From NCBI GenBank assembly GCA_030867685.1, contig JAQOWU010000003.1, forward strand, positions 1,347,226 to 1,367,225: a DNA stretch of 20,000 nt, in the 5' to 3' direction. The translations under genes were made by a program, and so were the position numbers. Shown here piece by piece: positions 18,910-20,000 of this stretch. This DNA comes from Wickerhamiella versatilis. Taxonomy: Eukaryota. The stretch's first letter is position 1, and every line of letters starts with the position of its first letter. Below the pieces are notes generated by a model, which saw only the letters and a program-made list of their open reading frames with translations, was not told the origin of the DNA and did not search any database.

Positions 18910-20000
18910 GTCTCCTTCGACAACGGTGAAAAGCTATCCACAAAGAATCTATGTTGCCAGCATCTGAAAACAATGAAATATGTGATCCTTTTGCTGGTCT
19001 CAGATTTCCTTTGACCGGTTGGCTAGACATCTTTTGTCAACTGCTTCAGCAAAGTAGAGGTTTGACTCAGATTTTGGATACACACAAGGAAATCAATCGA
19101 TCAAAAGTATCAATTGGATATTTCTGTTTGTTGCCGACTCCAGTCCATTTGGACCATTGTGCAGAGAGGCACATTGATACTAAGAGATTCTGAAAATATG
19201 AAGAAAAATTACTCGATATCTTCTCAAAGTTTTCCATCAAACTTTTTGATCAAGAGGTTGAGTTTTATGTCTATATTCACAGGAATCTCTTTATCCTTTG
19301 CCTTCTTTGGTCGAAGCAATAAGCCAAGCATATCTCAAATGGTATTCGCCCATCTATTGTATGACAAGCATATCTGAATCTGCTGTGTGCCCTCACTCCG
19401 ACAACGGTGGAAAGCCATCCACAAAGAATCGTATGTCGCCAGCATCTGGAAATATGTTATCCTTTTGCTGGTTTCAGATTTCCTTTGACCGGGTGGCTAG
19501 ATATCTTTTGTCAACTGCTTTAGCAGACTAGAGGTTTGACTCAGATTTTGGATACACACAAGGGAATCCGTCAATCAAAAATATCAATTGGATATCTTGG
19601 TTTATTGCCGACTCATGTCCATTCGGAACATTGTGCAGAGAAGACACATTGATATTAAGGGATTCTGAAAATATGAAGAAAATCATCTGATATCTTCTCA
19701 AAGTTTTCCATCAAACTTTTGATCAAGAGGTTGAGTTTTATGTCTCTATTCACAGGAATCTCTTTTATCATTTGCCTTCTTTGGTCGAAGCAACAAACCA
19801 AGCATATCCCAAATGATATTCGCCCAAGAAAAAAAACGAGAAAGAGATACGTCTATGTTTGACAAGTATATCTGAATCTGCTGTATCTCCTCACTCCGAC
19901 GAATAGTGGAAAGCCATCCACAAAGAAATCCATATCGCCAGTATCCGGAAACATACATGTCCGGAAACAATACATGTGATCCTTCTGCTGGTTTCAGGTT

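Larger units (their letters stand above)
12737..20000. other. Gene-free AT-rich repeat block; candidate regional centromere or heterochromatin
   Basis: More than 7.2 kb has no credible gene, whereas the intergenic gaps to its left are all under 280 bp. It contains retroelement relics and a tandem array. The function is inferred only. Confidence 0.45.
14345..20000 (+). repeat. Tandem satellite-like array of ~500-bp monomers with higher-order structure; continues past the window end
   Basis: The core (c)tccgacaa..ggtggaaagccatccacaaaga recurs at about 14671, 15179, 16166, 16642, 17407, 17916, 18930, 19411 and 19910. Spacings are about 508, 987, 476, 765, 509, 1014, 481 and 499 bp, all in the same orientation. 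Confidence 0.95.

Noticed and set aside
14671-20000. CRISPR-like array
   Set aside because: The context is eukaryotic, the sequence between cores is homologous rather than unique, the period is about 500 bp, and there are no cas genes.

Overview
This is eukaryotic DNA from a budding yeast with very compact gene spacing. Positions 1-12736 are gene-dense and apparently intron-free: the 3' end of NAP1, importin NMD5/SXM1, DUG2, the HECT ligase HUL5, a DUF3505-like zinc-finger protein, an ADIP/Msd1-like coiled-coil protein, an aldo-keto reductase, TIM10 and CYT2. TIM10 and CYT2 overlap tail-to-tail by 20 bp. From 12737 to the window end (>7.2 kb) there is no credible gene. It holds a heavily decayed Ty1/copia-type pol relic that leads into a head-to-tail array of ~500-bp monomers, with nine copies of the core motif. 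Short monomers alternate with long monomers carrying A-rich, strand-biased microsatellite tracts, giving a higher-order structure. Each monomer reads as an internally deleted integrase-to-RT-start segment. My main hypothesis, which is inference, is a retrotransposon-pol-derived satellite marking a regional centromere or heterochromatin block. All family assignments come from motif recognition by eye; no searches were run.
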